This document shows, piece by piece, positions 30,901-37,520 of a stretch of DNA of 64,000 nt; within the stretch, counting starts at the first letter, position 1, and each line of letters starts with the position of its first letter. Below the pieces are notes generated by a model. That model saw only the letters and a list, made by a program, of their open reading frames with translations, was not told the DNA's origin and did no database searches. Made by a program: the position numbers and the translations under genes. Source of the DNA: a virus. The stretch covers positions 12,326 through 76,325 of the IMG/VR virus record IMGVR_UViG_3300045988_106833. The stretch is one strand, 5' to 3'.

Positions 30901-31350
30901 GGCACGTTCCTTATCATGCAAGCCGTATCTATGCTTCTTGCCGGGTGGCGTGATGATGATGAAAACGAGGAAAGTTGGCTTACTCAATTCGGATCCTACG
31001 TCGGATTCAGAACCATAAACGAAATAGCTTCACAGATGCCATTTATTATGGAGCTTAACGTGGTTGATATCATTAACGACCCATTTGTTATGGGACGGAA
31101 ACTTAAGGATCTTACCGATCTTAGGAACTACTCACTTGATAAGGTGACGTCAGGTACATACAAAGGAGAGTCTAAGTTATTTAGGCAACTCGCCAAACAG
31201 ACGTTTATCAAACAATGGTATAATATCAAGACGCCGGAAGACGTAGCGCGCGCCTATAATTGGTGGCAGCAGACGAACAATAAGTCAATGATGTTCTTCA
31301 TCGGCGCCACCCCTGATTCGGAAGGGGATGATGATGTAAGTTATAAATAG
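24928..31350 (+). CDS. giant protein 4 (2140 aa), unknown function; candidate virion or ejected protein
   Basis: 6.4-kb ORF with its own promoter motif. It contains two similar internal segments, VDKDGNTVTENAKF and YDADGNEVATKNVEQW. Confidence 0.75.
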   Translation: MASTCIIKRDNKKKVVSVSTRSGDRSMLFDKIASIPLMENRERATTVFKTVFSNKFLKAFGDWRKRVPINKPAYNKVKSNIDLIPEAYRERVLDKASKMSNPVLVSKSDAPYEIRESGFGFYSQDLGDNIMLVDAMVPSSISVPEGPGIDAGQYLQDTISSDFTPVSMVQDKGVNYMVIKDGLKIFSPEELPQTDSNPVGVTYQTGEPRLFFMNDRSQLFEDYGEALRSGGNDIRIGFLSGTVQESTVDGVADITYKAGKYVLNNPKSFIPVMTASASTSLSTKGGIINYLIKKGLLSGSKIFDPETRSYYLTGEGHTGQIRLFNSALSYTELRNHFGSDVSMNDQGMITISSLDNSKVTMRLATGGTERVSKEQIKNDLKSGRYNELDAKYDHFDALVVSFILEDNDLYADAKAKIVSDYSRQERDQRNSIVEILKTLGVSVIGMTDYIEKYQTKYGHEPSAKALADIANNVIAVGEDATLSDLVEETSHFLVEAYRDQNAVEDVLQDVEGTEEWNQYAGQYYNTYGKVYEGAELDNAVRREILGKILAREMQTGTAQAPVEPTSFLGRVRQLLSGIVSWLKSALSTQRQDLNNVIKNIRDLAITDIDKGFDTSLLKDNDFTLYSLSSMNKNKFLESKIRALRKTLRDLRQISSDRAVTTSMTLAQLKTIEDKINKVETEIDKNEMAAAMNSMISTAEAQVRYLSNVVNTILHGDTKDGKLHFNTNDRKNVDIINNQVLPIMNDLRGYIRNRSTEFDEREKQDYTNRINTVIADINGIQSDIKSVQDLDESTLLDKLMNELHVPADKVKRVKEFFDKVQHDVSWISRWFGILEHSSSPFNNALGAMIAKDNYNAMVNAQPAISDFLAYAKKHGFNKSEFEKLLQKVDGKTSNYLRSALDMAKYDRNKKLAQMRAFATAMNIEISEEEINDVVDNNRNYVFKREVVDKDGNTVTENAKFKPSSDRVNTDIFTIEQEKIYTEQMEKWDAENSELEFSESYATRMESIYKKAEEELGHPVSQTTKEYLNALSRQKRILRQPFIDSGGNFDEVAYYKSSNYEEEGLLRKQRKEAASEYIYVGTRRVEKTGDQLKMAKEIQAINEVWRKESNNVTNAVSESFLQKLRTIQIESGGEAALKTLMLGGHLSFNDRFWNDIESEQSARTESNNKASYLKMAQDIISSTTSDRDATDVDSIVKDIEKNKAIIKEIIGNNRDVADIGEINEATFTSSERDAFRAASEAIEADYAILIDYAKMVGLEDIDKYLTKSSKAENEVNQSYLNALADSKEVEWKFVQRHTTAKKAKRIQALRDKLFKAADNRYLFTVSETNYLSEKLGISKELDGRDFRNAVNAKMASLFLNNTREEGIEEANAIVNEFARSQVFSYYKRMAPTGYAAMIDKIGRGEIDVAQMVKDVQNGTSTQDYGMDISYLSFDPARAWVAESEAENSDRNPDYVKDHGYGHRMPKKSLYRDESYFNDFGIKYDADGNEVATKNVEQWNMIQKLKEIKRQSLDLYKEQSPNLYAIPQISKQDIERIEGLGISLKSTVRNFVSDLCLDRVDDSLYGKTRQGEVYDPEDRVRSIPKYYIYELENQDDVSHDFGYSYSMLMMQSSLYNEKQKSIELAQGLEQMLLNKQFEGGKKAEATQAYQMFRDFFNDHYYGIRMNTKKLTVNIGGYTVDLTRIMMAVERFMSVMNLALSPFVAATGALTGHINLIMESAVGQYISKDSLKYASAEFSRLAPSCIAETGDIDRKSKLYVIGERMGIFNIRNRMYGAGYNRVARTLMRSPMYAFMEILNYPLDPQVMIATMDNVRYYKGRFYTFQDFKMEKERNKEQSTIKREWNALKDRTLWSMVDVVDGKVVVKPGSGVTAEEVETQMAITRNQVRSLSQICNGSLNEENRTAASRNWIARFMTAHRGWLVLAAQRLWKRRGFNFQTMQEEEGLSITLKNMIAKTFSLASESGMKNIIDAWNENKDNMNEVEKTNLKRLSVYAGTFLIMQAVSMLLAGWRDDDENEESWLTQFGSYVGFRTINEIASQMPFIMELNVVDIINDPFVMGRKLKDLTDLRNYSLDKVTSGTYKGESKLFRQLAKQTFIKQWYNIKTPEDVARAYNWWQQTNNKSMMFFIGATPDSEGDDDVSYK

Positions 31351-31538
31351 ACGAAGAATATTGGGCTTGCATTGTTTTGATATGACCCCAATATACTATC
31401 TTAGCATTGTCAAAGAGTAGATTGTACGTTTTTTGTTCTTACTTGAAAGATTATGTGGGTTAAATTTTTTCTGAAAGAGATGATAGGGAACCGGTTTCTT
31501 TTATGTTGTCAATTATTGCTATCTTGCAAACAAAAATC

Positions 31539-31952
31539 ATGAAACGAAGATTTCAAATAGGGATGGGGGTAAATCCCTCGCTTATAATCAATAAAGGCAT
31601 ATACATCCAACATGTAGATGGAGGATTATATACAAAAGAAAATTGGTCTAATAAAGGATATTCCAATGATCTATGCAATGGAATAGCTCTTGTAGATAAA
31701 GTGTGTTTTGTTATAGCCACCGAATATATTGGCACATCTCGTTGGGGTAAGGATGGAGAAATAGACAATATATTTGCACAAGATAGTTCTCATATTGGAA
31801 CTATTAAAAAGGATTATTGGGGGCGTGAAAATCAGAATGCGTATCTTGAATATGATACCAGTAATACAGATTACGCTTTTAATAAAGCTAATAGCTATTT
31901 ATTTAAAAATGGTCAAAATGGATATGTAGGTGGCGCCGGAGAGTTTTTTTGA
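31539..31952 (+). CDS. hypothetical protein (137 aa) starting MKRRF
   Basis: ORF-track frame trimmed to an internal ATG. Shares the N-terminal M(K/R)RRF motif with the genes at 14614 and 32160. Confidence 0.45.
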   Translation: MKRRFQIGMGVNPSLIINKGIYIQHVDGGLYTKENWSNKGYSNDLCNGIALVDKVCFVIATEYIGTSRWGKDGEIDNIFAQDSSHIGTIKKDYWGRENQNAYLEYDTSNTDYAFNKANSYLFKNGQNGYVGGAGEFF

Positions 31953-32155
31953 TATCATTGTATGCTAATGAAATAAATGAATGCTTTTTAATGGTAGGAG
32001 GTACGATAATGAGTAATAGAATGTGGACATCCACTCGAAATACAAAATTTACCTATTCGTGGTATTATGATATAAACATCCAAGGAGATCATTTGGATAC
32101 AGGTTCAAGGGGTAGTTCACATTATGTCCGCCCTTTTACTGAATTAATTTTATGA
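31949..32155 (+). CDS. hypothetical protein (68 aa)
   Basis: ATGA-coupled ORF. Confidence 0.35.
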   Translation: MISLYANEINECFLMVGGTIMSNRMWTSTRNTKFTYSWYYDINIQGDHLDTGSRGSSHYVRPFTELIL

Positions 32156-32159
32156 AATT

Positions 32160-32609
32160 ATGAGAAGAAGATTTGAAAATATTAAGACAGTTGCCGGCGT
32201 CAAGATCCCTGTTTTTGCTTGTTCGATTTCGGCCCCTACAACCACATGGCGAAAGCCTGCACCTATTCTTGGTTGTAGATACCGATTTAATGGAGTAACT
32301 ATGGCGGCTTCCTATGTTTTAGATGAAATTAATAATAGCAAGGTATGTACGATGGGCGGTAATCCTATAAATTGTACGATATCAAATTCTGGACAATATA
32401 TCCAGGCTTACTTTAATGAAGGACAGGTAACAGGTGATATTATATTACAGTTTACGATTGGAGACGTTTTTTATTATTTCTTTATTACAGAAGGGGCCAA
32501 TCAAGTACCTCAACTGAAATTAAGTCCAAGTACTTACCTTATTCATTCAATATATAAGATAAGTACAGTTGGCAGCTTTGTTCCTATTGACACCTATGTA
32601 GAATTATAA
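32160..32609 (+). CDS. hypothetical protein (149 aa) starting MRRRFE
   Basis: ORF track. Last plus-strand gene before the convergence point. Confidence 0.5.
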   Translation: MRRRFENIKTVAGVKIPVFACSISAPTTTWRKPAPILGCRYRFNGVTMAASYVLDEINNSKVCTMGGNPINCTISNSGQYIQAYFNEGQVTGDIILQFTIGDVFYYFFITEGANQVPQLKLSPSTYLIHSIYKISTVGSFVPIDTYVEL

Positions 32610-32675
32610 TAAAAGATATAAAAATAGTACTAAAATGTATTAGTATAAGATAAGACGGTTATTAATCATATATTA

Positions 32676-32720
32676 CAATAATCCCCAACCGTACACCTAT
32701 TGTATGGCCGGGGATTATTG
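32676..32720. terminator. 11-bp perfect inverted repeat (caataatcccc / ggggattattg) with a 23-nt structured loop, at the point where the plus and minus gene blocks converge
   Basis: Read directly. Its position between convergent operons suggests a bidirectional terminator. There is no clean U-tract. Confidence 0.4.
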
Positions 32721-32964
32721 TAGTTACCATCTTTTCTTGTAACAAGAATCCACTACCTTTACCTTTTCTTCTTTGTTCTTACCATAATTAAATTCATACG
32801 CATCTTCGAATGAATAAAAAACAGCATAACACGACATGCCAAACATATCGTATTTTATCCTGTTTTTCCATTTCCCAAAAATGTTTTGATATTGGCATCA
32901 ATATTCTACTTCCCCATTAGTTAATTTCCTTTCAACTATTCTAAGAGGAATATGAAACAAGTTT

Positions 32965-33453
32965 CTAAGCATTAACTTCATGACCTTCCCTATCTGTGAA
33001 AACTAAACCAATACCTTCTACAATATATCCTACTACAGGAGCTTTGTCAAATTCCTCCTTCGTAGCCCAAGTAGCATTATCAGGCATAAGATCCTTGAAT
33101 GCGTCCGAAACATCACCTTGGCACCAGCAGTTATTTGATACAACAATGCCTTTCCCTTCGATATTGATATACATCTTTCTTCCACCACATCCAAGGCTGT
33201 TCCATCCGCTCGGTACGTTTTCCACCATAGGCTTAAGCACCCAGCTTTCACCGTCTATCCTAACCCATCCCGGATCGTCTTTGTGTTTGTCGTACATATT
33301 TTGCCAAAAAGAGCATTCGTAGCACCACCCCCTGTCTTCCATAACAGTTCTTATCTCACACCTTTCAAATCCATCTGCATCCATCGTGTGCGGAGAATGA
33401 GGCTGGTGAGGGGTGCCACATTTTGGACATACGAGTTTTAAATTCTTTTCCAT
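32965..33453 (-). CDS. Cys/His-rich hypothetical protein (162 aa)
   Basis: ORF track. Contains CPKCGTPHQPHSPH...CYEC. Confidence 0.55.
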   Translation of the reverse strand: MEKNLKLVCPKCGTPHQPHSPHTMDADGFERCEIRTVMEDRGWCYECSFWQNMYDKHKDDPGWVRIDGESWVLKPMVENVPSGWNSLGCGGRKMYINIEGKGIVVSNNCWCQGDVSDAFKDLMPDNATWATKEEFDKAPVVGYIVEGIGLVFTDREGHEVNA

Positions 33454-33454
33454 A

Positions 33455-33688
33455 TTATTTCACTTTTACGATCTTAATAGAATCTCCGATATTGTATTCC
33501 CCTTGGTATCCAACGAATTTTATAAGCCTATTATTATAAAATATTGAAATTCTTTCGTCTTTACCATAATACATTATACATCCATCTTCTAAAGGACATA
33601 GATCATATATAACCCATCCGTTATTAACCTGATCATCATGCGAACATGATGATAACACAAGTGCCATCAATAAAATAAAATACCTCAT
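33455..33688 (-). CDS. small lipoprotein (77 aa)
   Basis: N-terminal MRYFILLMALVLSSCSHDD is a signal peptide with a lipobox-like LSSC. Confidence 0.55.
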   Translation of the reverse strand: MRYFILLMALVLSSCSHDDQVNNGWVIYDLCPLEDGCIMYYGKDERISIFYNNRLIKFVGYQGEYNIGDSIKIVKVK

Positions 33689-33695
33689 ATTATTT

Positions 33696-33887
33696 TCAAC
33701 ATAAAAATTTATAACCTGTTTTTACAGCTTCCGCTTCTTCTCTCGTATCAAACATTAAGGTAGTGACAGCTCCTATTCCTTCACAAACGTAAGACACTTT
33801 CACCCACCACCTAAAAACCCCAGAGCCATAATCGTCATAGTACGGCTCAGAAAGAACTTCTTCTACATACCCATCCAAATAATTCAC
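33696..33887 (-). CDS. hypothetical protein (63 aa)
   Basis: ATGA-coupled. Confidence 0.4.
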   Translation of the reverse strand: MNYLDGYVEEVLSEPYYDDYGSGVFRWWVKVSYVCEGIGAVTTLMFDTREEAEAVKTGYKFLC

Positions 33888-34606
33888 GATCGCTCCTCTT
33901 TATTTTTAGATTCTGCCTCTTCGAGTATGCTGATCACCTTATCAACAATATCCGAATCAGACATTTTCTCAATAAAAACATCCATTGCCTTAGTTATGTC
34001 ATTGGCTTCTTTTTCTTCAAGAGCAATCTCTCCACCGGTAATAGCATCAGATAATGATGTAGATAAGTGTCTTATCTTATCAATGCTCATAAACGTAAAT
34101 GGATTACCACCCCAGCCTCCACCCATTTCTTTCATAATCTGATATCCACCTGAAATAAGTCTGCCTGATGTCGTGGCCAAGGAGGATACGATTAGGGACA
34201 GTACCGCCACCTCCGTCCGCTCCTCGGACACGCCCTTCGACCACACGGCTGCCCTTATAGCGCCGGCCAGGTCGTCTATGTATGGCATGAGGCAATCTTC
34301 CATCGCTTGTGTTATATCAGCTATAACCTCACTACGTTCTTTATTTATGTAGTAGATAGAAGCATTGTACCTCTTTATCTCTTTGTCCATGTCATTTAAA
34401 AGACGCTTGATATTGTGCTTATACATAGGACTGGTTTTAATTACCTCCTTTAGCTTAAGAATGTAATTATAAGCCTGGTCGTTTACGAACAATGTCATGG
34501 TCTCAACCGTTGAATGAAGCGTGTTAAGACTGTTAAGAATCTTATCGAAATTATTTATCAAATAAGCTTTTCTGGCTTTTGCTGCGTAATTAATCATCGC
34601 ATTCAA
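33884..34606 (-). CDS. hypothetical protein (240 aa)
   Basis: ORF track, operon context. Confidence 0.55.
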   Translation of the reverse strand: MNAMINYAAKARKAYLINNFDKILNSLNTLHSTVETMTLFVNDQAYNYILKLKEVIKTSPMYKHNIKRLLNDMDKEIKRYNASIYYINKERSEVIADITQAMEDCLMPYIDDLAGAIRAAVWSKGVSEERTEVAVLSLIVSSLATTSGRLISGGYQIMKEMGGGWGGNPFTFMSIDKIRHLSTSLSDAITGGEIALEEKEANDITKAMDVFIEKMSDSDIVDKVISILEEAESKNKEERS

Positions 34607-35120
34607 ATTTTAGATTTTCAAGTTTATTCAATTGTTTCTTAATAGATTCGATCAGGTGCGCTCTCCGTTCCTCTGCATGTTTTAAAGCTTCTTCTTTGCT
34701 CTCAAAAGCATCCATTCCTATTTCATAAGGAGTGAACCTATCAGGGATGTCGGCTAACAAAAGACCACCATACTCTTCTATTTTAGCTTTTACTTTTCTT
34801 ATTATACCGTCTCTCAGGCACGCATCCGTAACCCATATAAATCTATCACATTCTTCTAATTCCCTTTCGTACAATTCATACCATTCCGGCTTAGGGAATC
34901 TTAATGTGAATCTAATTTCGGTATCTTTCTCTAAGACATTAATATCATACGCCTCCGGCCACAGTTCTTTTATGCTGTCTTCATCTTCAGCATACGCCAC
35001 CAATACAAATGAATTACTGGATTCTGCACTACACCAATACGGATATTTTATGGGCCATTTGACTGGACGGTAATCATTGTCACAGTCATCCTTTCTAATG
35101 TAAAATCTTGCTCTAATCAT
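34590..35120 (-). CDS. hypothetical protein (176 aa)
   Basis: ORF track, operon context. Confidence 0.55.
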   Translation of the reverse strand: MIRARFYIRKDDCDNDYRPVKWPIKYPYWCSAESSNSFVLVAYAEDEDSIKELWPEAYDINVLEKDTEIRFTLRFPKPEWYELYERELEECDRFIWVTDACLRDGIIRKVKAKIEEYGGLLLADIPDRFTPYEIGMDAFESKEEALKHAEERRAHLIESIKKQLNKLENLKFECDD

Positions 35121-35121
35121 G

Positions 35122-35430
35122 TTATTCTACTTTTTTGATTTCGCTTAAATCGCCTTCATACACCAAATAAGATCCTCTTCCAGGTCTTCCTTCTTTATTA
35201 ACTTCCTGGATTGTAAATATAACTGTTCTAGTACTCATGATTTGAATGCTCTTGAAGAAACCAACAAGAGGTTCTTTCGAACGTTTGTAAAGAACGCTTA
35301 CCTTATCTCCCTTCTTGAATCCATAAACAGAATCGAAATATTCCTTTTTAATTCTTTCAATATTACTTCTATGTTTGTTCATTGCATCAAGCTCTGTGTC
35401 TAACAGTTGAATCATTTGTTCTTTTGTCAT
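35122..35430 (-). CDS. hypothetical protein (102 aa)
   Basis: ORF track, coupled. Confidence 0.5.
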   Translation of the reverse strand: MTKEQMIQLLDTELDAMNKHRSNIERIKKEYFDSVYGFKKGDKVSVLYKRSKEPLVGFFKSIQIMSTRTVIFTIQEVNKEGRPGRGSYLVYEGDLSEIKKVE

Positions 35431-35984
35431 TTCTTTTCCTCCTTATTTAATGGTATTAATCCTTTCCCGTGCTTATCATACCACAGCATAGCTATACAAT
35501 TCCATGCACATTGTGCAAGATGAAAACATCCTGTATCGGAATCCACTCTTTCCCCTTTCATGTATTCCATTAGGTGTCTGGCAGCCGCAGCACGATACCG
35601 TTCAAACCCGTTGTCAAGGTTCTGCCATTTATTGGGTCCGTACTTCTTTGCACCAGCATGATAGACTCTTACAATGTCCTCAATCTCTTCCATTGGAAGC
35701 AAATCCCATCGTAGTTTGTCGTCAATGATGTCATTTTTCACCGATTTGTTTTCTATGGGGTCTTTGGTAAGAATAATATCCATAATATCCGTTTCTATGA
35801 CGAACGTCTCCCCATTGCAACAAACCTCAGCATATTTATCATTTACTTCTATGTCTGATACTGCCTCCGCTATAGCTCCTTTGACGATTTTAAATTCGGC
35901 ACTGATTATATCATCTTTTAATATGCGAAAAATAGATCCTTTTGGATAAAGGATATTTTTAGTATTATCATCCATCTTTTCCAT
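35427..35984 (-). CDS. protein with a dATP/dGTP diphosphohydrolase N-terminal-like (DUF5664-type) domain (185 aa)
   Basis: The C-terminal half (LRWDLLPMEEIEDIVRVYHAGAKKYGPNKWQNL...RHLMEYMKGERVDSDTGCFHLAQCAWNCIAMLWY) follows the RWDLLP...GA.KYG.N.W...RHL...GE..D..SG..HLA..A.N pattern of that family, recalled from memory. Confidence 0.6.
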   Translation of the reverse strand: MEKMDDNTKNILYPKGSIFRILKDDIISAEFKIVKGAIAEAVSDIEVNDKYAEVCCNGETFVIETDIMDIILTKDPIENKSVKNDIIDDKLRWDLLPMEEIEDIVRVYHAGAKKYGPNKWQNLDNGFERYRAAAARHLMEYMKGERVDSDTGCFHLAQCAWNCIAMLWYDKHGKGLIPLNKEEKK

Positions 35985-36036
35985 TGCTTTATCGTTGTTT
36001 TACCTCATTTCGATAGTAATATAATCCATCTTCGTC

Positions 36037-36324
36037 TTATACCCTATCATTTCTGTTTTTCTCAAAATACTGTCTTACGGCTTCAATCGCCTTATCGTCA
36101 TCAAAAGCCTCTACAAACCCCTCATAGAATCTATTTCGCTCCATAGAGAACGTATTGCTTCCATCCGGAATGGTTCTGAACACAACTACCTTCTCTCCAT
36201 CTACGTTCGTTCCTATGATGTTGTTATGGAGAATAATAGAATACCGCCCAGAGTTTTTGTTCTGGACGACACTATGTTCGAGATTGTAGAGTCTAAGTAG
36301 TTCTCTTATTTCTTTTACTCCCAT
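36037..36324 (-). CDS. hypothetical protein (95 aa)
   Basis: ORF track. Confidence 0.45.
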   Translation of the reverse strand: MGVKEIRELLRLYNLEHSVVQNKNSGRYSIILHNNIIGTNVDGEKVVVFRTIPDGSNTFSMERNRFYEGFVEAFDDDKAIEAVRQYFEKNRNDRV

Positions 36325-36325
36325 A

Positions 36326-37093
36326 TTATTTTACGTTTTTAGAAGTTACAGCCTCTTCTCCCCATTTCTTTACATATATAGATCTCATCATGTTCATTAA
36401 ATTAGAGAAAGAAGAGATGGTTCCCATCTCTATGCAGAATGCAAGATTAGACTGTAGGGTTTCAAGTTCTTTCAACTGCTCCTGTGTAGCCCTATTTCTT
36501 ATCATGCTTTCATGCTCATTAAATACAATCCAATTTAAGCCTTTAGCCATCTTGGAGTAATCGGCATCCGGAAATCTTGATATAGCTCTTGACAAGACAT
36601 TGTATTTATCACCTGCCTCTATTCGGTTTAAGATAAGCTTATCTGTTAACCACGTAACAACCTCAGCATACAACATAGGGTTTAGTTCCATAGCTACAAG
36701 CACCCATATATATGGATTACACATAGTTCTCCTATTCTCTCCTCTACCCATTGTCTTATAAGCTCCCATTTTTTTCATCACTTTTATAAGTGACTCTTTT
36801 TCAACAGATTGTATAAAACCAGGAAATCCTGATTCTATCCTATATCCTTGTTTTTCAAGGATATAGTAAACACGTTCCGCACTCTCCTTATTAGATAGGA
36901 TATTCTCTATTCTCTTTTCATTCCACCCCATCTCAACCCTCTTCTTCGTATAGGCTTCCTGAAGGTCTGTTAAGGACATAAACGAAGTTTTAGTGTCCTG
37001 CTTAATTATTACGCCAAATAATTCTCGGTCTTTTGATACCATTGTAACATTTGTTTTCATAAAATATAACACATAAAAAATAATACGATACAA
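36326..37093 (-). CDS. hypothetical protein (255 aa), possibly a KilA-N/antirepressor-like DNA-binding protein
   Basis: ORF with a promoter motif upstream. The N-terminal region is only loosely KilA-N-like. Confidence 0.5.
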   Translation of the reverse strand: MYRIIFYVLYFMKTNVTMVSKDRELFGVIIKQDTKTSFMSLTDLQEAYTKKRVEMGWNEKRIENILSNKESAERVYYILEKQGYRIESGFPGFIQSVEKESLIKVMKKMGAYKTMGRGENRRTMCNPYIWVLVAMELNPMLYAEVVTWLTDKLILNRIEAGDKYNVLSRAISRFPDADYSKMAKGLNWIVFNEHESMIRNRATQEQLKELETLQSNLAFCIEMGTISSFSNLMNMMRSIYVKKWGEEAVTSKNVK

Positions 37094-37118
37094 AAATATG
37101 TATCGTATTATATCTATA

Positions 37119-37126
37119 CAAATATA
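37119..37126 (-). promoter_or_regulatory. -7 promoter motif (minus strand TAtaTTTG), 26 nt upstream of the ATG at 37093
   Basis: The reverse complement of caaatata matches TAnnTTTG. Confidence 0.35.
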
Positions 37127-37157
37127 TTGTGTTAAATTTTATGATTATATTTTTACG

Positions 37158-37520
37158 TTATGCGCCTATGGCTGCCTCTAAATTCCCTATAATACCAGTT
37201 TCTATGTCATTGATTTTATCATCAATGGTTGAAACCGCATTCTCTAAATCCCCTACAATACTTTCTATATCATCAACAACCGCCTCCATATTAGCTACAG
37301 CCTCATCTGATTGATAATATCTTTCTGTATCTTGTAACGGCTCCGGCGTATTATCTCTTGCTTCCGTCTCTTCGTCTAAAATCATATCAACATCATCCTT
37401 GGCTGAATCCAGATTATGCCTAACCTCTGACAGCTTTGATTTGATAAACTCAAGATCTGTTTTATGCTTTTCCAAATTGGAAATAATATCCTCTATTTTC
37501 TTACGTCTTTTGCTGTTCAT
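37158..37520 (-). CDS. acidic coiled-coil protein (120 aa)
   Basis: ATGA-coupled to the helicase stop. Confidence 0.5.
   Translation of the reverse strand: MNSKRRKKIEDIISNLEKHKTDLEFIKSKLSEVRHNLDSAKDDVDMILDEETEARDNTPEPLQDTERYYQSDEAVANMEAVVDDIESIVGDLENAVSTIDDKINDIETGIIGNLEAAIGA

Noticed and set aside
24928-31350. Virion RNA polymerase call, from the DxDGN segments in the 2140-aa protein.
   Set aside because: The motifs are D-x-D-G-N rather than D-x-D-G-D, they occur twice as part of a longer internal repeat, and no double-psi beta-barrel context can be verified without structure tools. The function is left unknown.
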